From contig JBGARZ010000006.1 in the NCBI GenBank assembly GCA_044229975.1, positions 288,001 through 352,000 of the forward strand: DNA of 64,000 nt, given 5' to 3'. A model generated the notes under the pieces. That model was not told the DNA's origin. It searched no databases and was given only the letters and a program-made list of their open reading frames with translations. Position 1 is the stretch's first letter. Each line of letters starts with the position of its first letter. Source of the DNA: Polyangiales bacterium (GTDB lineage Bacteria; Myxococcota_A; Polyangia; Polyangiales; Ga0077539). Both the position numbers and the translations under genes were made by a program. Of the stretch, positions 28,650-38,117 are shown piece by piece.

Positions 28650-30539
28650 TCACGGCGTCGGAGCGACCGCCGCGCCGGGCGTCGGGTTGTGGCACTGACC
28701 CGCCGGGGTCGCCGCGCTCACGATGATGAACTGCACGCGACGGTTGGCCGCGCGCGCCTGTCGTCCCTGCCCCGGCAGCAGCGGGCAGTCGTTGCCGAAG
28801 CCGTGGCTCTGCAGCCGGCTCTCCTCCGCGCCGTGCGCCATCAGGTAGCGCCGCACGCTGAACGCCCGCCGGTTGGACAGGTCGCGGTTGTACGACGGCG
28901 TCCCGCGGTAGTCCGTGTGCCCCTGGATGTCCAACTGGATGCCCGGCATCGTCCGCAGGATCGACACCACCGAGTCGAGCACCTGGAAGCTCCGCGCCCC
29001 GATGATCTCGTCGCGGTCGGTGCGGAAGTTCACCTGCTGGAGGATGCGGATGCTCCCGCCGTCAGCCTGCGCCAGCGACTCGCCGTCGGGGCAGCCGTCC
29101 TCGTCGTCCTGGCCGTTGAAGGTCTCCGCCTGCGTCGGGCAGCGATCGGGCCCGTCCGGCGGATCAAGAATCCCATCGTGGTCGGCGTCCACCGCCGGGC
29201 AGCCGCGGCGCACCGTGCTCGGCCGCGGGCCCGCCGCGACGTCCACGCACTGGTCTTCGTCATCGAACACCGCATCGCCATCACGGTCACCGCGCGGGCA
29301 GCCGCGCCGCTCGGGACGCGGGTCGGGCGTCGCTCCCTGCGCCTCGTTGGGGCACACGTCGTCCGGGTCGCTCACGCCGTCGCTGTCCTGGTCGAGCAGC
29401 GGGCAACCCGCGCGGTTCGGGTCGGGGTGATCACCCTGTGGAACCGTCGGACACGCATCGGCGTGGTCCATCACGCCGTCGGCGTCTTGATCGGCCGCGG
29501 GGCATCCGCGTCGCTCGGCGCGCGGGTCAGGCGATGCGCCCTGGTGCTCGTCCGGGCACACGTCGTCGCCGTCGTTCACGCCGTCGTGGTCGCGGTCGCT
29601 CGGCGCGCGGCTCACCGGCGCGTACGCCACGGTGAACATCCCGCGACCCGCCGGGACGCCGCCGCCCTGCTCCAGTCCGATGCCTCCGCCGAGGCCGATG
29701 AGCACCGTGTCCGCTGCGAGGTAGTGCGCGCCGAGGATCGCCTCGCCGCCCCACTGGTCCTGCGCGAACAACGCCGACCCGCCGCTGTTGGGCAGGTCGC
29801 GCGCCGCCGTCAGCACGTACACCTCCGGGCCGATGGTGAGCCGCTCGTTGGCGAGCACCACGCCCACCGCCGCCGTGAAGCGCAGCTCGTTGCCGATGGC
29901 GAGGTTGACCTCGTCGATTGCGCTGCGCACCGCGAAGCCCGCGCCGAAGCTCCACCGCACCGGACCGCCGCGACCCGCGACCGTCAGCTTGGGCTCGACG
30001 CGCACCGACTCGTCGCCCGTGTTGTCCACGCGCGAGCCCGTCGGCAGCCACAGGTTGGCGCCGAGGTGCAGCGAGATCGGGTCGCGATCGGAGTGCCCGA
30101 ACAACCGCACGCGCAGCCCCACGCGGAGGTCACCGGGAGACGGCCCGTCGGCCGGGCCCAGCGAGGTGGTGCCCACCACGAGGCGCTCGCCGTCCTGCGT
30201 CAGCGAGACGGGCATCGACACGCTCAACCCGATGCGATCGATGAACGACACCGCCGCGCCGATGTGACCCGTGAGCATCCCCGAGACGAGCGAGCGCTGC
30301 GCCCCGTTGAGCGGCTGCACCACCAGCGGGTTGGCCGCGTAGTCGAGCGTGAGGCCCGCCGAGAACACCCGCGTCGACGAGTACCAGGGGTGCTCCGCCA
30401 TGAAGAACACGTCGCCCGACGGCGTCGGCTCGAAGCGGTTGAGCGCGAAGCCATCGGCGGTCTGCGCCGAGGCGGCGGACGAGGCCAGCGCCACGCCGAT
30501 CGCAGTGATGACGGCCGCGTAGGTTGTTCGTGTTCGCAT
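28650..30539 (-). CDS. TraB-like outer-membrane protein: beta-barrel, thrombospondin type 3 repeats, OmpA peptidoglycan-binding domain
   Basis: Signal peptide; GFALNRFEP and GDLRVGLR barrel region; D.D.DGV.D..D.CP...GCP TSP3 repeats; IQGHTD...LSNRRA.SV...NRRVQF OmpA domain. Confidence 0.85.
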   Translation of the reverse strand: MRTRTTYAAVITAIGVALASSAASAQTADGFALNRFEPTPSGDVFFMAEHPWYSSTRVFSAGLTLDYAANPLVVQPLNGAQRSLVSGMLTGHIGAAVSFIDRIGLSVSMPVSLTQDGERLVVGTTSLGPADGPSPGDLRVGLRVRLFGHSDRDPISLHLGANLWLPTGSRVDNTGDESVRVEPKLTVAGRGGPVRWSFGAGFAVRSAIDEVNLAIGNELRFTAAVGVVLANERLTIGPEVYVLTAARDLPNSGGSALFAQDQWGGEAILGAHYLAADTVLIGLGGGIGLEQGGGVPAGRGMFTVAYAPVSRAPSDRDHDGVNDGDDVCPDEHQGASPDPRAERRGCPAADQDADGVMDHADACPTVPQGDHPDPNRAGCPLLDQDSDGVSDPDDVCPNEAQGATPDPRPERRGCPRGDRDGDAVFDDEDQCVDVAAGPRPSTVRRGCPAVDADHDGILDPPDGPDRCPTQAETFNGQDDEDGCPDGESLAQADGGSIRILQQVNFRTDRDEIIGARSFQVLDSVVSILRTMPGIQLDIQGHTDYRGTPSYNRDLSNRRAFSVRRYLMAHGAEESRLQSHGFGNDCPLLPGQGRQARAANRRVQFIIVSAATPAGQCHNPTPGAAVAPTP

Positions 30540-30747
30540 GCTCAAGGTCTCAACGCTCCTCTCGCGCCGCTCATCAGCCGCGCACCGTGAGGTCGACCGT
30601 AACGAGGGACACGGTGTCGCAGCAACAGAACTTCGCGGTGCGATCTACGTCGTGTGGTGCCGTGTAGGGGCGATGATTCCGTTGCCTTTCGCGACCGCTC
30701 GGAGAGAATCGCGGAGCCCCGTCACTCCTTCCGAGAGGTCCTCCGCG

Positions 30748-33216
30748 ATGAACTCCAGACGTCTCCAAACACTCCGCGCGTTGGCCTTCGCGGTCGCGTG
30801 TGCGCCGCTCGCCGCCGACGCCATCCCGCTGATCAACGGCATGGGCGGCCCGGCCGGTTACGGCACCGGCGTCCTCGACCCCAACGACGACGGCTCCACC
30901 GGGAGCATCGACATCCGGCCCGCCTTCGGCACGCGCGGCGCGAACTTCTTCGGGACGTTCCAGACGGCGATGTTCGTCAACAACAACGGCAACATCACCT
31001 TCTCCGGCCCCGTCGGAGCGTTCACGCCGACGGCCTTCCCCATCTCGGCACAGCCGATGATCGCGCCGTGGTGGGGCGATGTCGACACGCGCGGCATCGT
31101 CGCGACCCCCGTGGGCAGCAACGCCACCTACTACGACGTGCGCCCCGGCCGCGTGACCATCACCTGGTACAACGTCGGCTACTTCGGCTCGCACGTCGAC
31201 CGGCTCAACGACTTCCAGCTCATCCTCACCGACCGCAGCGCCGAGCGCGTGGCCGGCGACTTCGACGTCGAGTTTCGCTACAACCGCTGCGAGTGGACGA
31301 CCGGCGACGCATCGGGCGGCTCCGGCGGCCTCGGCGGCACGCCCGCCCAGGCCGGCTTCGACGCGGGCAACGGCCGCGACTTCGTCATCCTCGACGGGTC
31401 GCGCACCGCCGCCATCGTCAACCTCTGCACCACCACCAACGTCACCGGCGGCGCGCCCGGCCTGTGGCGCTTCCAGATCCGCTCCGGCGGCATCGCCGAG
31501 TGCGGCAACGGCGTGCGCGAGTCCGGCGAGGAGTGCGACGACAGCAACACCACCCCGGGCGACGGCTGCTCCGCGTCGTGTCGCACCGAGCTCGCCCCCG
31601 GCGCCACCTGCTCCGCGAGCGACCAGTGCCGCTCGGGCTTCTGCACCGACGGCGTGTGCTGCGGCTCGCGCTGTGACGGTCAGTGCGAGGTGTGCAACGC
31701 CACGCCGGGCACCTGCACCGCCGTGACGGGCGCGCCCCGCGGTGGCCGCGGCGCCTGCATGGGCACCGGCACCTGCGGCGGCACCTGCAACGGAACGCTC
31801 CGCACCGCCTGCACCTACCCCACCGCGACGACCACCTGCGCCGCGGGCACCTGCACCAGCGGGTCGGCCACGAGCGCGGGCACCTGCAACGGATCGGGCG
31901 CCTGTTCTGCCGGGACGGTCTCGGCCTGCGCGCCGTACGTCTGCGGCGCGACGGCGTGCCGGACGGACTGCGGCACCGACGCCGACTGCACCACGGGCAA
32001 CTACTGCAACAGCTCGATGCGGTGCGTTCCGCTCCAGGCGCCGGGCGCGACGTGTGATCGCGTGGGTGCTTGCGCGAGCGGCAACTGCGTCGACGGCGTG
32101 TGCTGCGACACGGCGTGCGACGGCCAGTGCGAGGCGTGCAACGTGACGGGCAGCGTGGGCACCTGCGCGGCCTCGACGGGCGCGCCGGTCGGTTCACGCG
32201 CGGCCTGCGCGGGCGCGGGCACCACCTGCGGCGGCACCTGCAACGGAACGCTCCGCACCGCCTGCACCTACCCCGGCGACGCGACGTCGTGCCGCGCGGC
32301 TTCGTGCGCGGAGGGCTCGGCGACGCTGTCGGCGGTGTGCGACGGCGCGGGCGCGTGCCCGGCGGCGAGCGTCTCTCCGTGCGCTCCGTACGCGTGCGGC
32401 GAGAGCGGCTGCCTCACGGCGTGCACGAGCAGCGCGCAGTGCGCGGCGGGCAACGCGTGCATCGGCGGGATGTGCGTCGGTCGCCGCCCCAACGGCGGGA
32501 TGTGCGCGTCGACGGACGAGTGCACCTCGGGTCAGTGCGTCGACGGCGTGTGCTGCGACACGGCCTGCGAGGGCCAGTGCGAGGCGTGCAACGTGCCGGG
32601 CATGCTGGGCACCTGCTCGCCCGCGACGGGCGCGCCGGTCGGGTCGCGCACGGCGTGCGCGGGCACGGGCACCTGCGCCGGGGCGTGTGATGGGACCAAC
32701 CGGGCGGCGTGTGCGTTCCCGGGGGCGACGACGGAGTGCGCGGCAGCGGGCTGCACGGCGGGCGTGGCGACGTCGGCGGCGAGCTGCAACGGCTCGGGCG
32801 CCTGCGGGATGGCGACGATGAGCCCGTGCATGAACTTCGCGTGCGGGACGACGGCGTGCCGGACGACGTGTGAGTTCGACACCGACTGCGCCGACGGCTT
32901 CGTCTGCGCGGGCGGGACGTGTGTGCTGCCGACGCCCGACGCGGGCATGGTGGCGGTCGACGCGGGCGTGCCGGTGGTGGACGTTCCGGTCGTGAGCGAC
33001 CTGGGCGTGCAGACCGACGCGGGCATGAAGGGCGTGGACGTCCAGGTGGCCGACGCGGGCGTCGGGATGGACGGCTCCATCATCGGCACCATCCGCGGCG
33101 ACGGCTGCGCGTGCTCGACGCCGGGTACGCGCGGTGGGTCCAGCAACGGCGCGGTGGCAGCGGGCGTGCTCGCGGGCCTCGCGCTGGTGACGACGCGGCG
33201 CCGCCGCCGTCGCTGA
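30748..33216 (+). CDS. Surface adhesin: nidogen-like (NIDO) domain, Myxococcus Cys-rich repeat, three ~150-aa Cys-rich modules, MYXO-CTERM
   Basis: GAGAGG RBS; signal peptide; NDDGS...VNNNGNITF...IAPWWGDVDTR...NDFQLIL...WTTGDASGG...AGFDAGN (NIDO); CGNGVRESGEECDDSNTTPGDGCSASC; C-terminus GCACSTPG...LAGLALVTTRRRRRR. Confidence 0.85.
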   Translation: MNSRRLQTLRALAFAVACAPLAADAIPLINGMGGPAGYGTGVLDPNDDGSTGSIDIRPAFGTRGANFFGTFQTAMFVNNNGNITFSGPVGAFTPTAFPISAQPMIAPWWGDVDTRGIVATPVGSNATYYDVRPGRVTITWYNVGYFGSHVDRLNDFQLILTDRSAERVAGDFDVEFRYNRCEWTTGDASGGSGGLGGTPAQAGFDAGNGRDFVILDGSRTAAIVNLCTTTNVTGGAPGLWRFQIRSGGIAECGNGVRESGEECDDSNTTPGDGCSASCRTELAPGATCSASDQCRSGFCTDGVCCGSRCDGQCEVCNATPGTCTAVTGAPRGGRGACMGTGTCGGTCNGTLRTACTYPTATTTCAAGTCTSGSATSAGTCNGSGACSAGTVSACAPYVCGATACRTDCGTDADCTTGNYCNSSMRCVPLQAPGATCDRVGACASGNCVDGVCCDTACDGQCEACNVTGSVGTCAASTGAPVGSRAACAGAGTTCGGTCNGTLRTACTYPGDATSCRAASCAEGSATLSAVCDGAGACPAASVSPCAPYACGESGCLTACTSSAQCAAGNACIGGMCVGRRPNGGMCASTDECTSGQCVDGVCCDTACEGQCEACNVPGMLGTCSPATGAPVGSRTACAGTGTCAGACDGTNRAACAFPGATTECAAAGCTAGVATSAASCNGSGACGMATMSPCMNFACGTTACRTTCEFDTDCADGFVCAGGTCVLPTPDAGMVAVDAGVPVVDVPVVSDLGVQTDAGMKGVDVQVADAGVGMDGSIIGTIRGDGCACSTPGTRGGSSNGAVAAGVLAGLALVTTRRRRRR

Positions 33217-33500
33217 CAGGCTGATGAGGCGACGGGCGTAGCAACGACCCGTCGCCAGCAGCCTCCGCTCCCTCCCTGAATCGATTCGATCCGTTTCCAG
33301 CAGCCTCTCCACCCTCCTGAAGACGGCTCGAACCGTTCCACGCTGCCTCCTGGGGCGGTGCGTCACGGTTTGCGTCATCTCCCGCTCCCTCGCCTGCCTT
33401 CTTTTTTCTTCGCGAGCCACGAAACCTCGCCGGGGCTCCGTCCCGAAGACACCCCGCGCCGCGGATCACGTCGATCCCCCTGACGGCGCAGGAGGCCCCC

Positions 33501-34298
33501 ATGAAGCTCGACATCATCCTGTCCAAGTCGTTTCGCACCAACAGCCCGGCCCGCGCCTTCGCGCACTTCCGCCGCGAGGCGGAGGCCGTCGAGGTTCCCG
33601 CCGACTACTGCTTCCGGCAGGACGTCGCCGTCGGCCGCCACAACGTCGACCGCGCGATGGCCGTCATGATCGACCGCCTCCCCGACGTCGCCCGCGCGCT
33701 CCCCAGCGCCGACGTGGTCGCCCTCGCCGAGCTCCCCGCGCTCGCCCTCGCCGTCGTCCACGCGCAGGACCGCGTTCCTGCGTACGCTCCCTCCACGCGC
33801 GAGGTCGACGCGGCGCTCGCCGTCGTCCGCCCGCTGCGCGCGCTCGCGCTCTCCTATCTGGAGATCGTCGCCGCGCTCGGTCTTGTTCCGGTCGGTCGGG
33901 TGCGCGCCATCCGTGAGGGTAGCGGCAAGCTCGACGAGGCCCGCGACTGCGTGGCCATCGTCGCCGTCTTCGACGAGCACCGCGAGGCGCTCGCGCAGAA
34001 GCACCCCTTCACCGCGGAGCAGCTCAAGACCCTCGCCGACAAGGGCGCGTGGCTCGTGCAGAACATCACGCCCAGCAACGCCTCTCCCATCACCGCCCCG
34101 CGCCGCAGCCCCGAGTCCATGGAGCGCGACCGCCTCGTGAGGCTCCTCGAAGAGCGCTACGAGCAGCTCCGCACCGCGGCCGTGGTGTGCTTCGGGCTGC
34201 GCGACATCGACGCGAGGGTTCCGCCGCTGTGGTCGTCGACGCGGCCGAGCGCCGCGCCGGTGGAGGAGCCCGCGCCGGAGCCGTCGCCGGAGGGGTGA
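33501..34298 (+). CDS. Hypothetical alpha-helical protein
   Basis: Strong AGGAGG RBS before ATG 33501; host-like codon usage; no motif recognised. Confidence 0.7.
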   Translation: MKLDIILSKSFRTNSPARAFAHFRREAEAVEVPADYCFRQDVAVGRHNVDRAMAVMIDRLPDVARALPSADVVALAELPALALAVVHAQDRVPAYAPSTREVDAALAVVRPLRALALSYLEIVAALGLVPVGRVRAIREGSGKLDEARDCVAIVAVFDEHREALAQKHPFTAEQLKTLADKGAWLVQNITPSNASPITAPRRSPESMERDRLVRLLEERYEQLRTAAVVCFGLRDIDARVPPLWSSTRPSAAPVEEPAPEPSPEG

Positions 34299-34322
34299 GG
34301 TCCACGGTTGCGAGCCCCCGCA

Positions 34323-35840
34323 TCACCCCCCGAGCTTGTACCAGTCGTCGAAGGGCGCGAGTGACCACATCACCGTCTTCCACGTGAGGTACGTCTCCAC
34401 CGCCTGCGGCCCGCAGTCCCGCCCGAAGCCCGACGACTTCACCCCGCCAAACGGCGCCTCCACCGGCGTCGGGTTGTAGTTGTTGATCCACACGTAGCCC
34501 GACTGAAGCTCCGTCGCGCACCGCAGCGCGCGCTGCACGCTCGTCGTCCACGCCCCCGCCGCCAGCCCGTAGTCCGTCGCGTTCGCCAGCGCGATGGCCT
34601 CGTCGTCCGTCTCGAATTTCGTCACCGTCACCACCGGCCCGAAGATCTCCTCGCGGAAGCACTCGTGCGTCGCCGCCACGCCCGTCAGCACCGTCGGCGC
34701 GTACCAGTGGCCCTGCTCGTACACGCCGCCGCGCAGCACCTCGCCACCACACGCCACCGTCACACCTTCGGCCCGCGCGCGCTCCACGAAGCCCGCGACC
34801 TTGTCCCGGTGCGCTCGCGAGATCATCGCGCCCATCTGGCTCGCTTCGTCCAATGGCGAGAGCACCCGCAGGCCCTTCGCGTACTTCACCAGGCCCGCCA
34901 TGTACGCGTCGTAGACCTTCGACTGAACCAGGATGCGTGAGCCCGCGTTGCAGTTCTCTCCCTGGTTGTAGAAGATGCCGAAGGCCCCGCCCGCGATGGC
35001 CTGCGAGAGGTCGGCGTCGTCGAAGACGATGTTGGGAGACTTGCCACCAAGCTCCAACTGAACCGGTCGCACCCGCTCGGCGCGGGCGTGCAGGACCTTC
35101 TTGCCGGTGATGGTTCCGCCCGTGAAGGCCAGCACGTCGACGTCGGCGTGAGACGCGAGCGGCGCCCCCGCCTCCTCACCCGTCCCGCACACCACGTTGA
35201 ACACCCCGGCCGGAACCCCCGCCTCCAATGCGAGCTCCGCGGCGGCGAGCATGGTGAGGCTGGTGAGCTCCGACGGCTTGAGCACCACGCTGCACCCGAC
35301 GCACAGCGCCGGCGCGAACTTCCAGGCGCCCACGAAGAGGGGGAAGTTCCATGGGGTGATCTGGCCGACGACGCCGGCGGGCTCGCGCAGCACCATCCCG
35401 AGCGCCTTGCCCGGCAGCGGCATCGTCTGGCCGAACACCTTGGTCGCGAGGCCCGCGTAGTACTCGAGGATGTCGGCGGTTCCGATGATGTCGGCGCGCG
35501 CTTCGACGATGGGCTTGCCGCTGTCGCGGGTCTCCACGTAGGCGAGCGCCTCGCACTGCTCGCGGAGCTTGCGCGCCAGCTCCCACAGCACGCGCCCACG
35601 GTGGCTCGGGTCGGCCCGCGACCAGTCGCCCTGGCGGAAGCTCCGCCTCGCGGCCTCGACGGCGCGGTCGATGTCGGCGGCGCTGCCTGCCGGGATGCGG
35701 GCGAAGGGCTCACCCGTGGACGGGTCTTCGACGGGCAGCCAGCGCCCATCAGCCGACGGAACAACCTCGCCATCGATGACGTGGCCGCGAGGGTGGAGGA
35801 AGCGCTCGGCGCCCGCGGGCGCAGGGTGGGAATGGCTCAT
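34323..35840 (-). CDS. Aldehyde dehydrogenase
   Basis: ITPWNFP, LKPSE, FTGGT, LELGGKSP, NQGENCNAG (catalytic Cys), EEIFGPV, PFGGVKSSG. Start taken at ATG 35840; the ORF track over-extends. Confidence 0.95.
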   Translation of the reverse strand: MSHSHPAPAGAERFLHPRGHVIDGEVVPSADGRWLPVEDPSTGEPFARIPAGSAADIDRAVEAARRSFRQGDWSRADPSHRGRVLWELARKLREQCEALAYVETRDSGKPIVEARADIIGTADILEYYAGLATKVFGQTMPLPGKALGMVLREPAGVVGQITPWNFPLFVGAWKFAPALCVGCSVVLKPSELTSLTMLAAAELALEAGVPAGVFNVVCGTGEEAGAPLASHADVDVLAFTGGTITGKKVLHARAERVRPVQLELGGKSPNIVFDDADLSQAIAGGAFGIFYNQGENCNAGSRILVQSKVYDAYMAGLVKYAKGLRVLSPLDEASQMGAMISRAHRDKVAGFVERARAEGVTVACGGEVLRGGVYEQGHWYAPTVLTGVAATHECFREEIFGPVVTVTKFETDDEAIALANATDYGLAAGAWTTSVQRALRCATELQSGYVWINNYNPTPVEAPFGGVKSSGFGRDCGPQAVETYLTWKTVMWSLAPFDDWYKLGG

Positions 35841-35922
35841 GGCCGCGGAGTGTACCGAAGCGACGAAGCTCGCGACGTTGGACATCACCCGCGGAGCGGA
35901 GACCGTTGTATCGTCCCCGCCC

Positions 35923-37191
35923 ATGGTGACCAATCGGTGGGTAGCGTGGTTTGCACTGGCGACGGTGCTGTCCGCAGGCTGTGGCGGCGACGACCCGGTG
36001 CTGGAGCCCGACACGGGCACGGCCGTCGACACCGGTGAGGTCACCGAAGACACCGGTGAGGTCGCCGAAGACACCGGCAACCCCGCGACCGATGTCCCCA
36101 CGACGCCCACGGACGTCCTCAACGAGGGCGACGTCATGGTGGTGCGACCCGACGTCCCGGTCGGAACCGACGCGGGCTTCACCCCCGCCGACGTGGGCTT
36201 CACCACCGATGTCCCGGTTGGCACCGACGCGGGCTTCACCACCGATGTCCCGGTCGCGCCCGCCGACGCGGGCTCTGGCACCGACACGGGCGTGGCGCCG
36301 ATGGATGTTCCGGTCGCCACCATGGATGTGCCTTCGACGATGGATGTTCCGCGAGCCGACGCGGGCACCGCCGCCGACGTCCCGGTCGACACGGGCCGAC
36401 GCGACACGGGCACCACCTGCGGCGCGCCGGGCCAGCCCTGCTGCGCGCGGCTCACCTGCGAGGCCGGCTCCGAGTGCTCGGGCGGCATCCTCGGCGCCAA
36501 CATCTGTCAGGCGTGCGGCGGGGCCGGTCAGCGCTGCTGCCAGCGCACCACGCCCGCGTGCGGAACCTCCCTCACCTGCGGCCGCGACGAGGTCTGCCAG
36601 GCGTGCGGTGCGCCGGGCCAGCCCTGCTGCGGCACCACCTGCGCGGCGGGCGGCGTGTGTTCGGGGGGCGTGTGCGCGTCGTGCGGGGCGCCCGGTCAGC
36701 CGTGCTGCGCCTCGCGCACCTGCGCGGACGGCAACCAGTGCTCGGCCGCGGCGAACATCTGCCAGGCGTGCGGCGGGGCGGGGCAGCCCTGCTGCGGGGC
36801 GAGCAGCACCTGCGGGTCGGGGCTCGTGTGTCGGTCGAGCCTCTGCCAGGTGTCGCTCTGCGGCAACGAGGGGCAGGTCTGCTGCGCGGGCAGCGCGTGC
36901 AATAGCGCCACGCTCGCCTGCAACGCGGGGAGCTGCGTGGCGTGCGGCGGCAGCGGCCAGCGGTGCTGCGCGGGCAGCGCGTGCAACCCGGGCTACGGTT
37001 GCGGGACGAGCGGGATGTGCGGGAGCTGCGGCGCCGCGGGGCAGACCTGCTGCTCGGGCAGCACCTGCAACATTGGCCTGGGGTGCTCGGTGGCCAACGT
37101 GTGCGGCAGCGCGTGCGGCGCCCGGTTGCAGCCCTGCTGCGCGGGCAACCGCTGCACCACGGGGACGTGCCTCGCCGGGTTGTGCCGCTGA
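35923..37191 (+). CDS. Cys-rich repeat lipoprotein (tandem CG..GQ.CC modules after an Asp/Thr/Pro-rich linker)
   Basis: Lipobox LSAGC; DTG/DVP-rich linker; about nine CG..GQ.CC...C...C...C modules. Confidence 0.8.
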   Translation: MVTNRWVAWFALATVLSAGCGGDDPVLEPDTGTAVDTGEVTEDTGEVAEDTGNPATDVPTTPTDVLNEGDVMVVRPDVPVGTDAGFTPADVGFTTDVPVGTDAGFTTDVPVAPADAGSGTDTGVAPMDVPVATMDVPSTMDVPRADAGTAADVPVDTGRRDTGTTCGAPGQPCCARLTCEAGSECSGGILGANICQACGGAGQRCCQRTTPACGTSLTCGRDEVCQACGAPGQPCCGTTCAAGGVCSGGVCASCGAPGQPCCASRTCADGNQCSAAANICQACGGAGQPCCGASSTCGSGLVCRSSLCQVSLCGNEGQVCCAGSACNSATLACNAGSCVACGGSGQRCCAGSACNPGYGCGTSGMCGSCGAAGQTCCSGSTCNIGLGCSVANVCGSACGARLQPCCAGNRCTTGTCLAGLCR

Positions 37192-37379
37192 CGGGCTGAG
37201 GCGTGGGCGACGCAGGTGGTGTGTGGGTGCGTTCGCACCGGTCACGCGCCTTGCGTCGGGATGGACGGATCGGTAGAGCGTCTGCTGTGATGATCGGTCT
37301 GACGTGCGCGCCTGGCATGGTCGCTCGCTGCACTGTCTGATCGCAGACGAACGTGATGGGCGGGGATGAAGGCTTGACC

Positions 37380-38117
37380 ATGGCGGATACCAGTGCGGCG
37401 AAGCGAGGCGAGGCGGGCGTGGACGACGGCACCTACGCCACGCGGTTGGTGCACCAGGTCAACAACCCGCTCTCGTCGGTGATGGCCAACGTGGCCTTCG
37501 CGGTGGAAAACCTTGAGGCGCTGCGCGGGGCGTTTTCGACGGGGAGCGCCGCGCTTCGATCGGCGGAGAGGGCGCGTCTGCTGGGGGTGATCGACGAGGT
37601 GTGCGCCGTGCTCGACGACGCGTTTCGCAGCTCGGCGCAGGTGCGCGAGATCATCCGGCAGGTGGGTCGCGTCGGCCGCGCCGATGGGGCCGCGGACGAG
37701 GCGGCGCCCCAACCCGGCAGCGACGCGGACAGGGACAAGATCGCGACCCCGCGCCGCGGCAGGGTGTTGGTGATCGACGACGAGCCCGCCGTCGCGCGCT
37801 CGGTCGAGCGCATCTTGCGTGGGCAGCACGACGTGCGGGTGGAGACCGACCCCCAGGCGGCGCTGGCCCTGCTGTTGGCGGGTGAGGATTTCGACGTGGT
37901 GTTCTGCGACCTGATGATGCCCCCGCTCAACGGGATGGGCCTCTACGACGCCCTCGCCGACGCGCGGCCCGAGATGGCGTTGCGGGTGGTGTTCCTGACG
38001 GGCGGCGCGACGACGACGCAGGCGGAGGCGTTTGTGGAGTCCACCGAGCGCCCGGTGATGACCAAGCCGTTCACCGTCAACGGCCTGCGCGCCATGGCCG
38101 CGGACTATGTGAAGTGA
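37380..38117 (+). CDS. Response regulator receiver fused to a HisKA-like helix pair, with no ATPase domain
   Basis: LVHQVNNPL H-box-like motif; receiver VLVIDDE...VFCDLMMP..NG...FLTGG...KPF. Confidence 0.8.
   Translation: MADTSAAKRGEAGVDDGTYATRLVHQVNNPLSSVMANVAFAVENLEALRGAFSTGSAALRSAERARLLGVIDEVCAVLDDAFRSSAQVREIIRQVGRVGRADGAADEAAPQPGSDADRDKIATPRRGRVLVIDDEPAVARSVERILRGQHDVRVETDPQAALALLLAGEDFDVVFCDLMMPPLNGMGLYDALADARPEMALRVVFLTGGATTTQAEAFVESTERPVMTKPFTVNGLRAMAADYVK

Noticed and set aside
28650..33216. Naming the pair traB and traA outright
   Set aside because: The head domain is NIDO rather than PA14-like, the genes are divergent rather than co-transcribed, and both architectures have many paralogues.
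33217..33500. Long intergenic region with a T-run (~33400) as a terminator or ncRNA
   Set aside because: No convincing stem precedes the T-run and no recognisable riboswitch or RNA motif was seen.
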